Shown piece after piece: positions 9,641 to 18,866 of a stretch of DNA of 64,000 nt. Within the stretch, counting starts at the first letter, position 1; each line of letters starts with the position of its first letter. Source of the stretch: Oscillospiraceae bacterium. Its GTDB lineage: Bacteria; Bacillota; Clostridia; Oscillospirales; Acutalibacteraceae. The notes beneath the pieces were generated by a model that was given only the letters and a program-made list of their open reading frames with translations, made no database searches and was not told where the DNA came from. The DNA is taken from contig SVPR01000007.1 of assembly GCA_015065785.1 (NCBI GenBank), positions 35,634-99,633 of the forward strand, given 5' to 3'. The position numbers and the translations under genes were made by a program.

Positions 9641-12600
9641 TTATTTGCAGGTTATTCCTTTTGTATCATAATAGCTCATATAACTACCAGAAACTGCTCT
9701 TACTGTGTAAATATATTCAACCTTTTCATCGGCTGTGCTATCGGTATAATTTACATAATCATTACCTTTTACATTTTCAACTATTACCCAAGATGTATCA
9801 GCAGTTTTTCTGTAAATTCTGTATCCGTCCGCTCCCTTTATTTGTTGGTAAGTAATAACATTACCGTCAACCGTTTTAAATGCACTCATAAGCTGTGGAG
9901 TGCTGAGGAATTTCATAGAAGCTGACGCTGTGTAGCTTGAAAGTGAGCTTCCGCTTACAGTGCGGACTGTGTATCTGTAAGTAACGCCTGAAACAACACT
10001 TTTATCTACCCAAGCAGATTTGTTGTTCTTTGCAGTGCCCATAACTTTCCAGGAAGACCATTTTCCTGTTGCTTCGTTATATTCTGAACGATAAACTCTA
10101 TAACCCTTTGATTTTAAAGCCTGTGTCCATTTAACATTAATACCGTTAGCTACATTTGAAATTGTAACCTTAGGCTCTTTTAAATAAAGCACACTATTAG
10201 ATGCTTTATATGAGCTTTTACAGCTTCCGCAAACAGTTCTTACAGTGTAGCGATATGTTGTTCCGCTTTGTGCGCTTTTATCAATCCAGGCAGATTTACC
10301 CGCCGCTGCGGTACCCATTTTTTTCCATGAAGACCACTTTCTGTTAACTGAATCATAAGTAGAACGATAAACGGTGTAACCCGTTGCAGCTTTATTTGTT
10401 GACCATGTAACCTTTACACCCGTAGATGCATTCGCAATTTTTACTGTCGGAGTTGAAAGAATTGCACCTGACCAACCGGTTGTATTATAAGATGAAAGAA
10501 CGCTTCCCTTATAAGCTCTTATTGTATAAGTATATTTGATATTTGCTTTAACGCTTTTATCCATATAAGATGTAGTTTTTACGGTTGCAATTCTTGTCCA
10601 ACTGGTTGCGTTATTTGCTTTTCTGTAAAGCACATAGCCTGTTGCTCCGCTGACTTTATTCCAGCTTACTTTTATAGAATTTGCACTATTGAGTACAGAT
10701 GTCGCAGACGGTGTGCCAGGTGTAAACTGACGCTTCCAACCACTTGAATAATATGTTGATGTAGCACTGCTACCAACAGCCTTTAATGTATAAATATATG
10801 TTGTACCAAGCTTTACATTTTTATCCACAAACAATAAATTGGTAGTTGTTCCGATTCTCGACCAACCGGAATTACCTGTTTTTCTGTAAACATAATACTT
10901 TTCAGCACCATGAACATCTGCCCATTTAATTGTAATACCTTTACCAATCTGCGAATCAAATTTAGTTATTTTTGGTGCAGCTATAAAAGATATTTTATAG
11001 TTTTCATAGGCACTTCTGTAGCCCTCCGCTACCGCTCTGACAGTATAAAGATATGTTTTACCACTTTCAGCCTTTTTATCAGCATAGCTTGTTTTTGTAC
11101 CTGCAACTGTTGCTATTGTTTCCCATGTACCGTTTTCAAGTCTTCTGTAAACGAGATAATTTTCAGCACCTGTTACCTTAGACCATGAAACATTTACACC
11201 GTCAACAGTAATTGCTAATTTAACTGTTTTGACTTTTGATAAAAATACAACCGATTTTACTTCAGATAATGCACTCTCATAAGTACCATCAGTTGAAACC
11301 GACTTAATTGCATACTCATAAGTTACACCACTTGAAACTGCAGTATCTAAATATGTTGTTATATCTGAAGAGGTAGTTTTTAAAACTGACCAATCTGTCT
11401 GACCCTTAACTCTTTTGTAAATTACAAAATCACTTAAATCGTCCGTTATTTCCCAACTGAGAGAAATGCCTGTTGCCGTTAAGGTTGCACCCAATGCTGA
11501 CGGGATATTCACATAAGTTGCACTTTTTGTATTTTCTTCACCTATGTAGCTTTCTGTATTATTTTTAACAGCTGTAACAGTGTAATAATATTTCACACCG
11601 CTTTTAACATTAGTGTCTTTATAGCTCACTTCACTATTTTCAACAGTTGCTATTTTAATCCAGTTACCATCTGTGTGACGATAAATATTATAAGACTCAA
11701 CACCACTTACAGAATTCCACATTACTGTAACAGCATTCACTTCAGGAATTGCATTTGTCACAACAGGTGGCGCTATTCTGTAGAAGCTGTTGGTATATGG
11801 ATTACCGATACTGCCCCAGCCTCTGCTGTCAACTGCAGTTACCGAATATGAGTAGCTTGAGAAGTTCACGACAGAGCTATCAACAAATGAAGTGGTTTTT
11901 ACTTCTGCAATAACCTCTCCACTGCCCGAATCATTCACTATTCTTTTAACAATATAATATTCTGCATTTATTGAAGGCTCCCAGGAAACCTGCATGCCAT
12001 TCATAACATTCTGAACACTTATATTTTTGGGGGATCTGAGGAAATAAACCTCGTAGCCGATTGTACCCATCGGACTTTCTGATTTACCGATTGTTGCGAC
12101 TACGCCATACTCATAGTAACCGCCATCAACTGAAATATCTTTAAATGTTGTCACAGCATTACTTACTGTACCAACATTTTTCCAATCACTTTCGCCTCTT
12201 GCTTTTCTGTAAATTTTATAACCGGTTGCACCTTCTACCTCTTGCCAGTTAACAACAACTGAATCTGCCTGAGCTTCGAGTGAAGTAACCTGTGGTGCTC
12301 CAAGATATGCCAATGTTGCAGTTGTATTAAGGCTACTTACAGTAGAAGCGTTTACTGCTTTAACAGAATAAAAATATGTTGTTCCGTTTAAAACATTTAC
12401 ATCTGAAAAGCTTGTTTGTGTAGTTGTTTCAATCAGTTGCCATTCTTTACTGATATCAGTTTTACGATAAACCTCATATTTATCAGCACCAGTAACTAAA
12501 TTCCAGTTAAGCACAATGCCATTAGCAGTATTTTCAACCGCTGTAAACTCAGGTGCACTTAAAAAACTATGAGAAACATTGTTAGCACCAATTATTGAAA

Positions 12601-13639
12601 TTATATCACCATTTTCAACAGCTACTGCATATTTGTAGGTTTTGTTGCTTTCAACTGTTTCATCAACATAATAAAGTCTTTCAGACGCAGTTTTTTCTAA
12701 AAGCACCCACTTATTAGAAGGTGGATCCTGACGATAAACAGCATAGCTTTCTGCACCGCCGACTGCACCCCACATAATTCTGACAGTATCATTAACATTT
12801 GTAACTGATGTAATTTTTGCCGCCGTTAAATATAACTGTGTAGCACCTGCTGAGAAAAAGCCACTGTCACCGTAGCCGTTACCACATTTTACTGAATATG
12901 TGTAAGTAACACCACTATCAACCTTTGTATCAAGATATGAAGTGTAATCACTGGTAACCTCTGCTATTGTTTTCCACACGCCTTCATTATCTGCTTTTCT
13001 TATAACGGCATATTCCTCGGCACCTGCTACAGGCTCCCATCTGAACAAAATACCATTTTCCATAAGCTCAGCAGAAATCGGAGTAGGATTATCTAATGTA
13101 GAAAATTTTTCCTCTTTAATAAGCACTCTCTCGTCAGATGGTCTTATTTCGTTATTCTCATTATCATCTGATGAGTACTCTTTACAATAAAATCTTACAC
13201 TTGTCTGCGGTCTTAAATTCGTAACAACTCTGAATGTCAACATAAAGAAATCCTTGTATTCACTGTTGCCTGTTGAAACACCGTTGTTATTCATATAAGC
13301 AATTGAGTAAACGCTGTCACTTCCGCTTACAAAGCCATTTATGTATTCACCATAAACATTAAGTTTATTATTATCGTCTTCATCTTTAACATAAACTGGT
13401 GATGCAGATTTCAACTCTAAAATTGAAGTATCAAACTCAACATTTAAAATTGCACCGTTAAATTTTGTAATATTCGGCTTCAGATTTATAATAAATGAAA
13501 TCTCGCCGTTTTTCATACCTGTTGATTTAACATCAAAAAAGCTTGTTTGTGTGTCTGCTGCAAAAGCTGTAAAGGCATTTGCACCTATTACAGATATGCA
13601 CATAATAATACACAAAGCTGTAGCAATAAATTTTTTCAA
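9641..13639 (-). CDS. secreted cohesin-domain protein with 13 tandem Fn3-like modules
   Basis: TTG start with GGAGGAG RBS. Signal peptide MKKFIATALCIIMCISVIGANAFTAFA. N-terminal cohesin-like sandwich (ISFIINLKPNITKFNGAILNVEFDTSILELK ... FMLTFRVV). Then 13 modules with signature W-x-x-V-x-GA-x-x-Y-x-VYR ... W ... Y-x-D ... G-x-x-Y-x-Y-x-V-x-A (my manual count). Confidence 0.85.
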   Translation of the reverse strand: MKKFIATALCIIMCISVIGANAFTAFAADTQTSFFDVKSTGMKNGEISFIINLKPNITKFNGAILNVEFDTSILELKSASPVYVKDEDDNNKLNVYGEYINGFVSGSDSVYSIAYMNNNGVSTGNSEYKDFFMLTFRVVTNLRPQTSVRFYCKEYSSDDNENNEIRPSDERVLIKEEKFSTLDNPTPISAELMENGILFRWEPVAGAEEYAVIRKADNEGVWKTIAEVTSDYTSYLDTKVDSGVTYTYSVKCGNGYGDSGFFSAGATQLYLTAAKITSVTNVNDTVRIMWGAVGGAESYAVYRQDPPSNKWVLLEKTASERLYYVDETVESNKTYKYAVAVENGDIISIIGANNVSHSFLSAPEFTAVENTANGIVLNWNLVTGADKYEVYRKTDISKEWQLIETTTQTSFSDVNVLNGTTYFYSVKAVNASTVSSLNTTATLAYLGAPQVTSLEAQADSVVVNWQEVEGATGYKIYRKARGESDWKNVGTVSNAVTTFKDISVDGGYYEYGVVATIGKSESPMGTIGYEVYFLRSPKNISVQNVMNGMQVSWEPSINAEYYIVKRIVNDSGSGEVIAEVKTTSFVDSSVVNFSSYSYSVTAVDSRGWGSIGNPYTNSFYRIAPPVVTNAIPEVNAVTVMWNSVSGVESYNIYRHTDGNWIKIATVENSEVSYKDTNVKSGVKYYYTVTAVKNNTESYIGEENTKSATYVNIPSALGATLTATGISLSWEITDDLSDFVIYKRVKGQTDWSVLKTTSSDITTYLDTAVSSGVTYEYAIKSVSTDGTYESALSEVKSVVFLSKVKTVKLAITVDGVNVSWSKVTGAENYLVYRRLENGTWETIATVAGTKTSYADKKAESGKTYLYTVRAVAEGYRSAYENYKISFIAAPKITKFDSQIGKGITIKWADVHGAEKYYVYRKTGNSGWSRIGTTTNLLFVDKNVKLGTTYIYTLKAVGSSATSTYYSSGWKRQFTPGTPSATSVLNSANSIKVSWNKVSGATGYVLYRKANNATSWTRIATVKTTSYMDKSVKANIKYTYTIRAYKGSVLSSYNTTGWSGAILSTPTVKIANASTGVKVTWSTNKAATGYTVYRSTYDSVNRKWSSWKKMGTAAAGKSAWIDKSAQSGTTYRYTVRTVCGSCKSSYKASNSVLYLKEPKVTISNVANGINVKWTQALKSKGYRVYRSEYNEATGKWSSWKVMGTAKNNKSAWVDKSVVSGVTYRYTVRTVSGSSLSSYTASASMKFLSTPQLMSAFKTVDGNVITYQQIKGADGYRIYRKTADTSWVIVENVKGNDYVNYTDSTADEKVEYIYTVRAVSGSYMSYYDTKGITCK

Positions 13640-13664
13640 GCTTTCTCCTCCTTCAGATATATCT

Positions 13665-13686
13665 AAAGCATTTATCCCCCTAATTG
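13665..13686 (-). terminator. GC-rich hairpin between the tandem surface-protein genes (weak terminator or processing site)
   Basis: ATCCCCCT-aattgt-AGGGGGAT, 8-bp stem. Only a weak U-tract on the minus strand. Confidence 0.35.
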
Positions 13687-13707
13687 TAGGGGGATATTAA
13701 CTAAAAC

Positions 13708-16395
13708 TCAATCAGCACAAGAAATACCATTTGTATCATAGTAGCTAACATTTTTACCGTTAACTGCTCTTACTGTGTAAATATATTGTGTACCATCAAT
13801 TATATTTTTATCAGTATAAACTGTGTTTTCTGCGCCACTTACGGTTTCAATCAAAGACCAGCCTGTATATAAGGTCTTTCTGTAAATTCTGTAGCTGTCT
13901 GCTTTTGAATTTGATTCGTAAGTCAAAATATTTCCCGATGTATCTGCTGTGCAGGATAACAATTGTGGCACCTTTAAAAACATTGTTTCACTTGAAGCTT
14001 TATAGGTTGACATAACCTTACCGCTAACTGTTTTCACAGTATATCTGTATATTACGCCGTCAACTGCACTCTTATCTGTCCAAGCAGATTTTGAAGCTGC
14101 CGCTGTACCCATAACCTTCCATGAACTCCACTTTTCTGTTTTTACATCAAATTGTGAACGATAAACTCTATATCCGGTTGCGCCGGTTGCTTTCGTCCAT
14201 TTTACACTAACACCATTAGCTACATTTGAAATTGTTACAGTTGGCTGTGCTAAATAAACGAGTGAAGCAGACGCCTTATATGAACCCTTGCAAAGACCGT
14301 TCACTGCTTTTACTGTATAACGATAAGTAGTGCCACTACTTACAGTCTTATCTACCCAGGCAGATTTTGAAGCTGCCGCTGTACCACGGTTTTTCCAAGA
14401 TGACCATTTGCCTGTACTTGCGTTGTACTGAGAACTGTAAACTGTATAACCGCCAGCACCGCTTACCTTTGACCATGTAACCTTAATACCGGTTTCATAA
14501 TTTGCTATTTTTACTGTTGGTGTTTTAAGAATTACACCAACCCAACCCTTAGTGTTGTATGATGAAAGGGTGCTACCCTTGTAAGCTCTTATTGTGTATG
14601 TGTAAACAGCACCTGTTTTCACATTTTTATCTGTATAAGCTGTGCTTGATGTTTTTGCAAGCAATGACCAGCTTGTTTCTCCCGGAGCTTTTCTGTAAAC
14701 ACGGTATCCATCAACACCCTTTACTGCGCCCCATTGAATTTTAATGCTTGAGCTACCAGGTGTAACAGCAGTAACCGAAGGTGTTGTAAGTGTATATTTC
14801 ACAGTCCAGCCTGTTTTATTGTATCCGGAAAGATTACTACCATTTTCTGCTTTTAAGGTGTAAATATATGATTTATTTAACGAAACATTTTTATCTGTAT
14901 AAGATGTAGCTGTTGTTCTGGTGAGTAATGACCAACTGCCACTTGCTGAAGTTTTTCTGTAAACGCGATATTGTGCTGCACCGGGAACCTTATCCCACTT
15001 AATTGTAATGCCTGTGCCAATTGTTGAGGTTGTTTTAGTCGCTTTTGGTGAAGCTAAATAGTTAAATGGATAAGATTTATAGGCACTCCATACACCGTTT
15101 GAATAAACCTTAACAGCATAGCTATTTGTTTTACCGCTTGTTGCACCTGTATCTACCAAGCTTAAAACATCAGCATTTACCGTCTTAAGAACCGTCCATG
15201 ATTGTTCACCAGTGACTTTTCTGTAAATTCGGTATTTTTCCGCACCGGAAACAGCCGACCACTTAACGCTTACGCCGTCATAAGCATTAGCTAATGTGAC
15301 ATTTGAAACCATAGCAACATATTGAATTTTTTTAACATCAGCATCAGCACTTACATAACTGTTCTTAATAACCTTTGCTGTATATTCATAAGCTTTACCG
15401 CTTGAAATAGTTTTATCAGTTATTGTAAGTACATCCTTACCTACCTGTTCAACTGCTTCCCAGCTTCCTCCTACAACGCGTCTGTAAATCTTGTAGGCAG
15501 TTGCACCCTCTACTCTGTCCCAGGCAATTTTCACACCGGAGGTAGAATTAGTTACAGTAATATTGGGCGGGTCCATATAACCGAACTCTTTACCCTCATA
15601 CCAGCCATAGCCATTTGCACTTTTAGCTCTGACAGCATAAGTATAAACTGTGTTGTTTTTAATATTTTCAGTATCGACATAAGATATATTCTTAACAGTA
15701 GCGATAGCTCTGTAAGTTGCATCCTCGCCACCCTTACGGTAAACAAGATATTCTGTTGCACCCGGAACAGAATCCCACTTAACAGTAATTGACTTTTTGC
15801 CTGCTGTAAATGAAGAAATTTTACCTGAATTAAGTGTTGAGAAACCGTTGCCGTTCTGACCGGCAAATTTCTTGATTGTATCAGTTGATGTATAATCGCC
15901 TGCAACGAACTCTACAATTGTGTTAGGATATGTTTTATCAATTACCTCAAATGTAATGTAAGCATACTCTTTACCTGAGTTACCTGTATTAAAGCCACTT
16001 GCGCTGATATATGCAAAGGTATAAGCAGAATCATCACCTATTGATACACCTTGTGTATGCATACCTGTAAGTACCTCAACAGGATTCCCGTCTGCATCAG
16101 TAGTTGTAGCCGGCCCTGCGTCAACTATCTTTAAAACTTTTTTATCATATTTCACAGTTACCAAAGCCCCTGTAACTGTTACTCCGCTTGAAACATTGAT
16201 TTTAAATGTTGCTCTGCCATTGTTAAAAATTGGTTGAGAGGCGTTAGAAACAGTACCGTCACTGATTACATAGTTTGAAGCATCAAGATATGAATCTGGT
16301 ACTGCTACGGCAGAAGCTGTGAGCATAAAGCTCATTAAAACAGAAACTACCATTAAAGCTGCAAGAGTTAATTTAAGGCCTTTTTTCATCTTCAT
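13708..16395 (-). CDS. secreted cohesin-domain protein with 8 tandem Fn3-like modules (tandem paralog of 9641-13639)
   Basis: Track ORF runs to 16425. The ATGs at 16395/16389 follow AAAGGA and begin the signal peptide MKMKKGLKLTLAALMVVSVLMSFMLTASA. Cohesin-like N-domain (ATFKINVSSGVTVTGALVTVKYDKKVLKIV ... AYITFEVI). The last five modules are collinear with the last five of the neighbour. Confidence 0.85.
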   Translation of the reverse strand: MKMKKGLKLTLAALMVVSVLMSFMLTASAVAVPDSYLDASNYVISDGTVSNASQPIFNNGRATFKINVSSGVTVTGALVTVKYDKKVLKIVDAGPATTTDADGNPVEVLTGMHTQGVSIGDDSAYTFAYISASGFNTGNSGKEYAYITFEVIDKTYPNTIVEFVAGDYTSTDTIKKFAGQNGNGFSTLNSGKISSFTAGKKSITVKWDSVPGATEYLVYRKGGEDATYRAIATVKNISYVDTENIKNNTVYTYAVRAKSANGYGWYEGKEFGYMDPPNITVTNSTSGVKIAWDRVEGATAYKIYRRVVGGSWEAVEQVGKDVLTITDKTISSGKAYEYTAKVIKNSYVSADADVKKIQYVAMVSNVTLANAYDGVSVKWSAVSGAEKYRIYRKVTGEQSWTVLKTVNADVLSLVDTGATSGKTNSYAVKVYSNGVWSAYKSYPFNYLASPKATKTTSTIGTGITIKWDKVPGAAQYRVYRKTSASGSWSLLTRTTATSYTDKNVSLNKSYIYTLKAENGSNLSGYNKTGWTVKYTLTTPSVTAVTPGSSSIKIQWGAVKGVDGYRVYRKAPGETSWSLLAKTSSTAYTDKNVKTGAVYTYTIRAYKGSTLSSYNTKGWVGVILKTPTVKIANYETGIKVTWSKVSGAGGYTVYSSQYNASTGKWSSWKNRGTAAASKSAWVDKTVSSGTTYRYTVKAVNGLCKGSYKASASLVYLAQPTVTISNVANGVSVKWTKATGATGYRVYRSQFDVKTEKWSSWKVMGTAAASKSAWTDKSAVDGVIYRYTVKTVSGKVMSTYKASSETMFLKVPQLLSCTADTSGNILTYESNSKADSYRIYRKTLYTGWSLIETVSGAENTVYTDKNIIDGTQYIYTVRAVNGKNVSYYDTNGISCAD

Positions 16396-16443
16396 TTTTC
16401 CTTTCTGAATTGCCATTGTTTTCAAATAAATTCATACATTGTA

Positions 16444-16472
16444 AATATACCATATATATGCCATTTAGTCAA
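16444..16472 (-). promoter_or_regulatory. sigma-A-type promoter of 13708-16395
   Basis: Minus strand: TTGACT (16467-16472), 17-nt spacer, TATATT (16444-16449). Confidence 0.55.
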
Positions 16473-16526
16473 TGAAATTAAATAAAACATAGTGTTAAAA
16501 AAATGTAAATAAAAAGAGGGGCAGGT

Positions 16527-16763
16527 TGGGGCACCCTCCGTAAGGAAGGTGCCCCAGTTATATTCGCCTGACGGCGAGTTATATTGCTTCGCAGTTATAT
16601 GATGCTTATGCATCGTGATATTGCCTTTCGGACAGTTAAAATGCGAATATAATATCACGAAAGCCGATAGGCTTTCATATTACTTTGCTACTAGGCAAAA
16701 TATCACTGTGAGACCTGTCTCACAATATCACTTATTATTCTTGGTTTTTTATATAAAAACCAA
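16527..16763. repeat. array of ~10 dissimilar short hairpins joined by a constant heptamer (GTTATAT x3, GTGATAT, then ATATCAC x3 / ATATTAC)
   Basis: Plus-strand stems: 16527-16556 (12-bp), TCGCC/GGCGA 16564-16577, TGC/GCA 16585-16593, GATGC/GCATC 16601-16614, 16622-16634 (bulged), GAAAGCC/GGCTTTC 16659-16676, TTTGC/GCAAA 16684-16699, TGTGAGA/TCTCACA 16707-16724, TTGGTTTTT/AAAAACCAA 16741-16763. Heptamers at 16557, 16578, 16594, 16615 (forward) and 16652, 16677, 16700, 16725 (inverted). Confidence 0.8.
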
Positions 16764-16812
16764 GGGAGAGCTCTTCTTTACGAAGTGTCTCCTTTACTTT
16801 GCTCCTCAGATA

Positions 16813-17274
16813 TTAAACATGTAATCTGTGACGGACATAGAAAAGCAAGTCTTCTGCTTCCCGTTTAAATGCTCTTGTAGAAACCGAAATAACACAGCTT
16901 GCTGTACCGCCTGACAAAGAAACCTCTGTTCTTAAAGCGTCTGCTGCTCTTTTAGTGCTTCTGCCCTCACCGAAAACAAGACAAATTACATTTTTAAATC
17001 TTAATTCATTCTGGCGGATAAACACCTTCATTGCGGGTGCTATATTGCCAAATGTTTCATCTGTTGCAAGAATTACATTATCATATTCATTTAAGTCAAC
17101 ATCGTAACCTCTTAAACGAATTGATGAAGTCTTTTTTGTGCCAAAGTGATTTTTCAAAAAGGATTTTCTGGATAAATCCCTCAGCTCTAAAACATCAATA
17201 TCCTGAGATTCACTTCTGCTGCAAAGGTCTTTGACTTCATTGTCGTATGAAAAATGAACAAGTAATGTTTTCAA
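16813..17274 (-). CDS. flavodoxin-like-fold protein (uncharacterised)
   Basis: 153 aa, TTG start after GGGGGTG. Alternating beta-alpha pattern (MKTLLVHFS..., YDNVILATDETFGNIAP, VICLVFGEG), but no clear FMN-binding T/S-x-T-G-x-T loop. Confidence 0.4.
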   Translation of the reverse strand: MKTLLVHFSYDNEVKDLCSRSESQDIDVLELRDLSRKSFLKNHFGTKKTSSIRLRGYDVDLNEYDNVILATDETFGNIAPAMKVFIRQNELRFKNVICLVFGEGRSTKRAADALRTEVSLSGGTASCVISVSTRAFKREAEDLLFYVRHRLHV

Positions 17275-17491
17275 TGAAACACCCCCGAATTCGTAGGTTA
17301 AACCGTAAATTAAGATTCCACATTATATTGACAAGTAATTAGCTTTACAATACAACATCTTGAGTATAACACAAAGATTACTATTTGTAACTATTTTTTT
17401 GCAATTTTCGACAATTTTCTATTTTTTGCACAAATAATTTTAGTTGCATTTATGGAAAGTGTTACAAAAAATGTTAATATTTTGTATTCTA

Positions 17492-17520
17492 TTGAATAAA
17501 TATTACACTTCTGCTACAAT
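17492..17520 (+). promoter_or_regulatory. sigma-A-type promoter of 17595-18818
   Basis: TTGAAT (17492-17497), 17-nt spacer, TACAAT (17515-17520). Confidence 0.5.
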
Positions 17521-17594
17521 ATCTGGTGGTTAGGTGGTATTAAATCTTTATTATTTTACACCTCATATTTTCCTGAATAAGAAGGTAATGTATT

Positions 17595-18818
17595 ATGAAA
17601 CCAATCCGCACATTTTTACAACAAAATGCAATTAAATTGTGGTTAGGAATTGAAAAGCCTGTGTATGAGATTACAAAAGGCAGACATGCAAAAAACAGAT
17701 TTCTTTCTTCTGTTGATTTTCATCATGTAGGTACTAATGTAAAAATTATCAAAGAAACAAACAATGCAACATATATCGCAAAATTCAATGAAGATGGCAC
17801 CATTGATAACAGTGATTTTAAAATTCTCTCTACTACCGATATGCACACAGATGAGGATTATGATTTAAACGACAAAACCTATGATAGATTGTTTAAGCAA
17901 ATTCGTGACAACAAGCCTGATCTTGTAGTATTAACAGGTGACTGCATTCAATCTAAATACCAGCAAATTGATGCGATTCAGTTTGCCCAGATGATGGAAG
18001 AAATCGGTGTTTACTGGGCTTATGTTTTCGGTAATCACGAAGCAAGAGAAGAAAAAGAATACCATAAATATCTTCTTTTTAAAAGTCTTTCAGATTTCCC
18101 ACACTGCCTTTCAAAATTCGGTAATCCCGACCTTTTTGGTTACGGTAATTTCATTATAAATATTATGAATAGTGAAACTGAATTAAAACAATCTTTATTC
18201 TTCTTAGACTCAGGCAGAGATATTGTGGAAGCTCACGCACTTAATGACAATGTTCCAAAAGAAATGTGGAAAGGTTACGACTACATCAAGCCATCACAAA
18301 TCCATTGGTACGAAAATGAACTCAAGTCATTAAGAAGCATTTATGGCGAAGTAAAAAATATGCTTTATATGCATATTCCTATCCCTGAATATAAGTACGC
18401 TTTTAAATTAGATGAAAATGGCGACTATATGAGAAATGAAGACGGCACTCTTAAAAGAGACGAAAAAGACCAACAGCTTATACGAAATGAGAATGCAGAA
18501 ATCATTTATGGCAGAATGTTTGAAGCAGTTGGTTGTTCGCCTTTTAACTCAGGCCTTTTTGAAAGTATGAAAAAGAATAATGCAGTAGCAATTTTCTCAG
18601 GTCACGACCATGTTAATGACTACGCATTTAAATTAGACGGCATTTATCTTGTATATTCTCAATATGCAAGCTACAACGCTTATAATTTAGGTCATTACGA
18701 AAACGATGGACTCATTACTTTACCTGAAAGCGAATGGCAACAGGGTGTTACAATTACGACAGTAAAAAATGATGGTTCAATAGAGCTTAAGCAGATTTTC
18801 AATAGTATATACCTTTAA
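17595..18818 (+). CDS. calcineurin-like metallophosphoesterase
   Basis: 407 aa. TDMHTDED, LTGDCIQ, FGNHE, SGHDHVND motifs. Confidence 0.8.
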   Translation: MKPIRTFLQQNAIKLWLGIEKPVYEITKGRHAKNRFLSSVDFHHVGTNVKIIKETNNATYIAKFNEDGTIDNSDFKILSTTDMHTDEDYDLNDKTYDRLFKQIRDNKPDLVVLTGDCIQSKYQQIDAIQFAQMMEEIGVYWAYVFGNHEAREEKEYHKYLLFKSLSDFPHCLSKFGNPDLFGYGNFIINIMNSETELKQSLFFLDSGRDIVEAHALNDNVPKEMWKGYDYIKPSQIHWYENELKSLRSIYGEVKNMLYMHIPIPEYKYAFKLDENGDYMRNEDGTLKRDEKDQQLIRNENAEIIYGRMFEAVGCSPFNSGLFESMKKNNAVAIFSGHDHVNDYAFKLDGIYLVYSQYASYNAYNLGHYENDGLITLPESEWQQGVTITTVKNDGSIELKQIFNSIYL

Positions 18819-18820
18819 AA

Positions 18821-18866
18821 ATGTGTACCCATCAGTAAAATCAGAGATTTTACTGATGGGTACATT
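18821..18866. terminator. bidirectional intrinsic terminator
   Basis: About 18-bp stem TGTACCCATCAGTAAAA / TTTTACTGATGGGTACA, flanked by A-run and T-run. Confidence 0.8.

Noticed and set aside
16557-16731. Similarity of the heptamers to integron attC core sites (GTTRRRY / RYYYAAC) and to the WATCACW heptads bound by the omega repressor of inc18 plasmids.
   Set aside because: GTTATAT violates the RRR purine positions, and the heptamers flanking each hairpin are direct rather than inverted, unlike attC. Omega sites are contiguous heptads without intervening hairpins. No integrase, plasmid or partition genes are nearby. I kept these only as loose analogies.
16422-16824. ORFs 16422-16658 (minus) and 16615-16824 (plus) over the hairpin array. 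I considered a repeat-containing RiPP-like precursor because of the 21-nt periodicity (YN/IT every ~7 aa).
   Set aside because: No RBS. The minus ORF runs through the predicted promoter of the downstream gene. The plus ORF overlaps the 3' end of 16813-17274 antisense. Unit spacing is irregular (16-25 nt), so the reading frame is not maintained across units.
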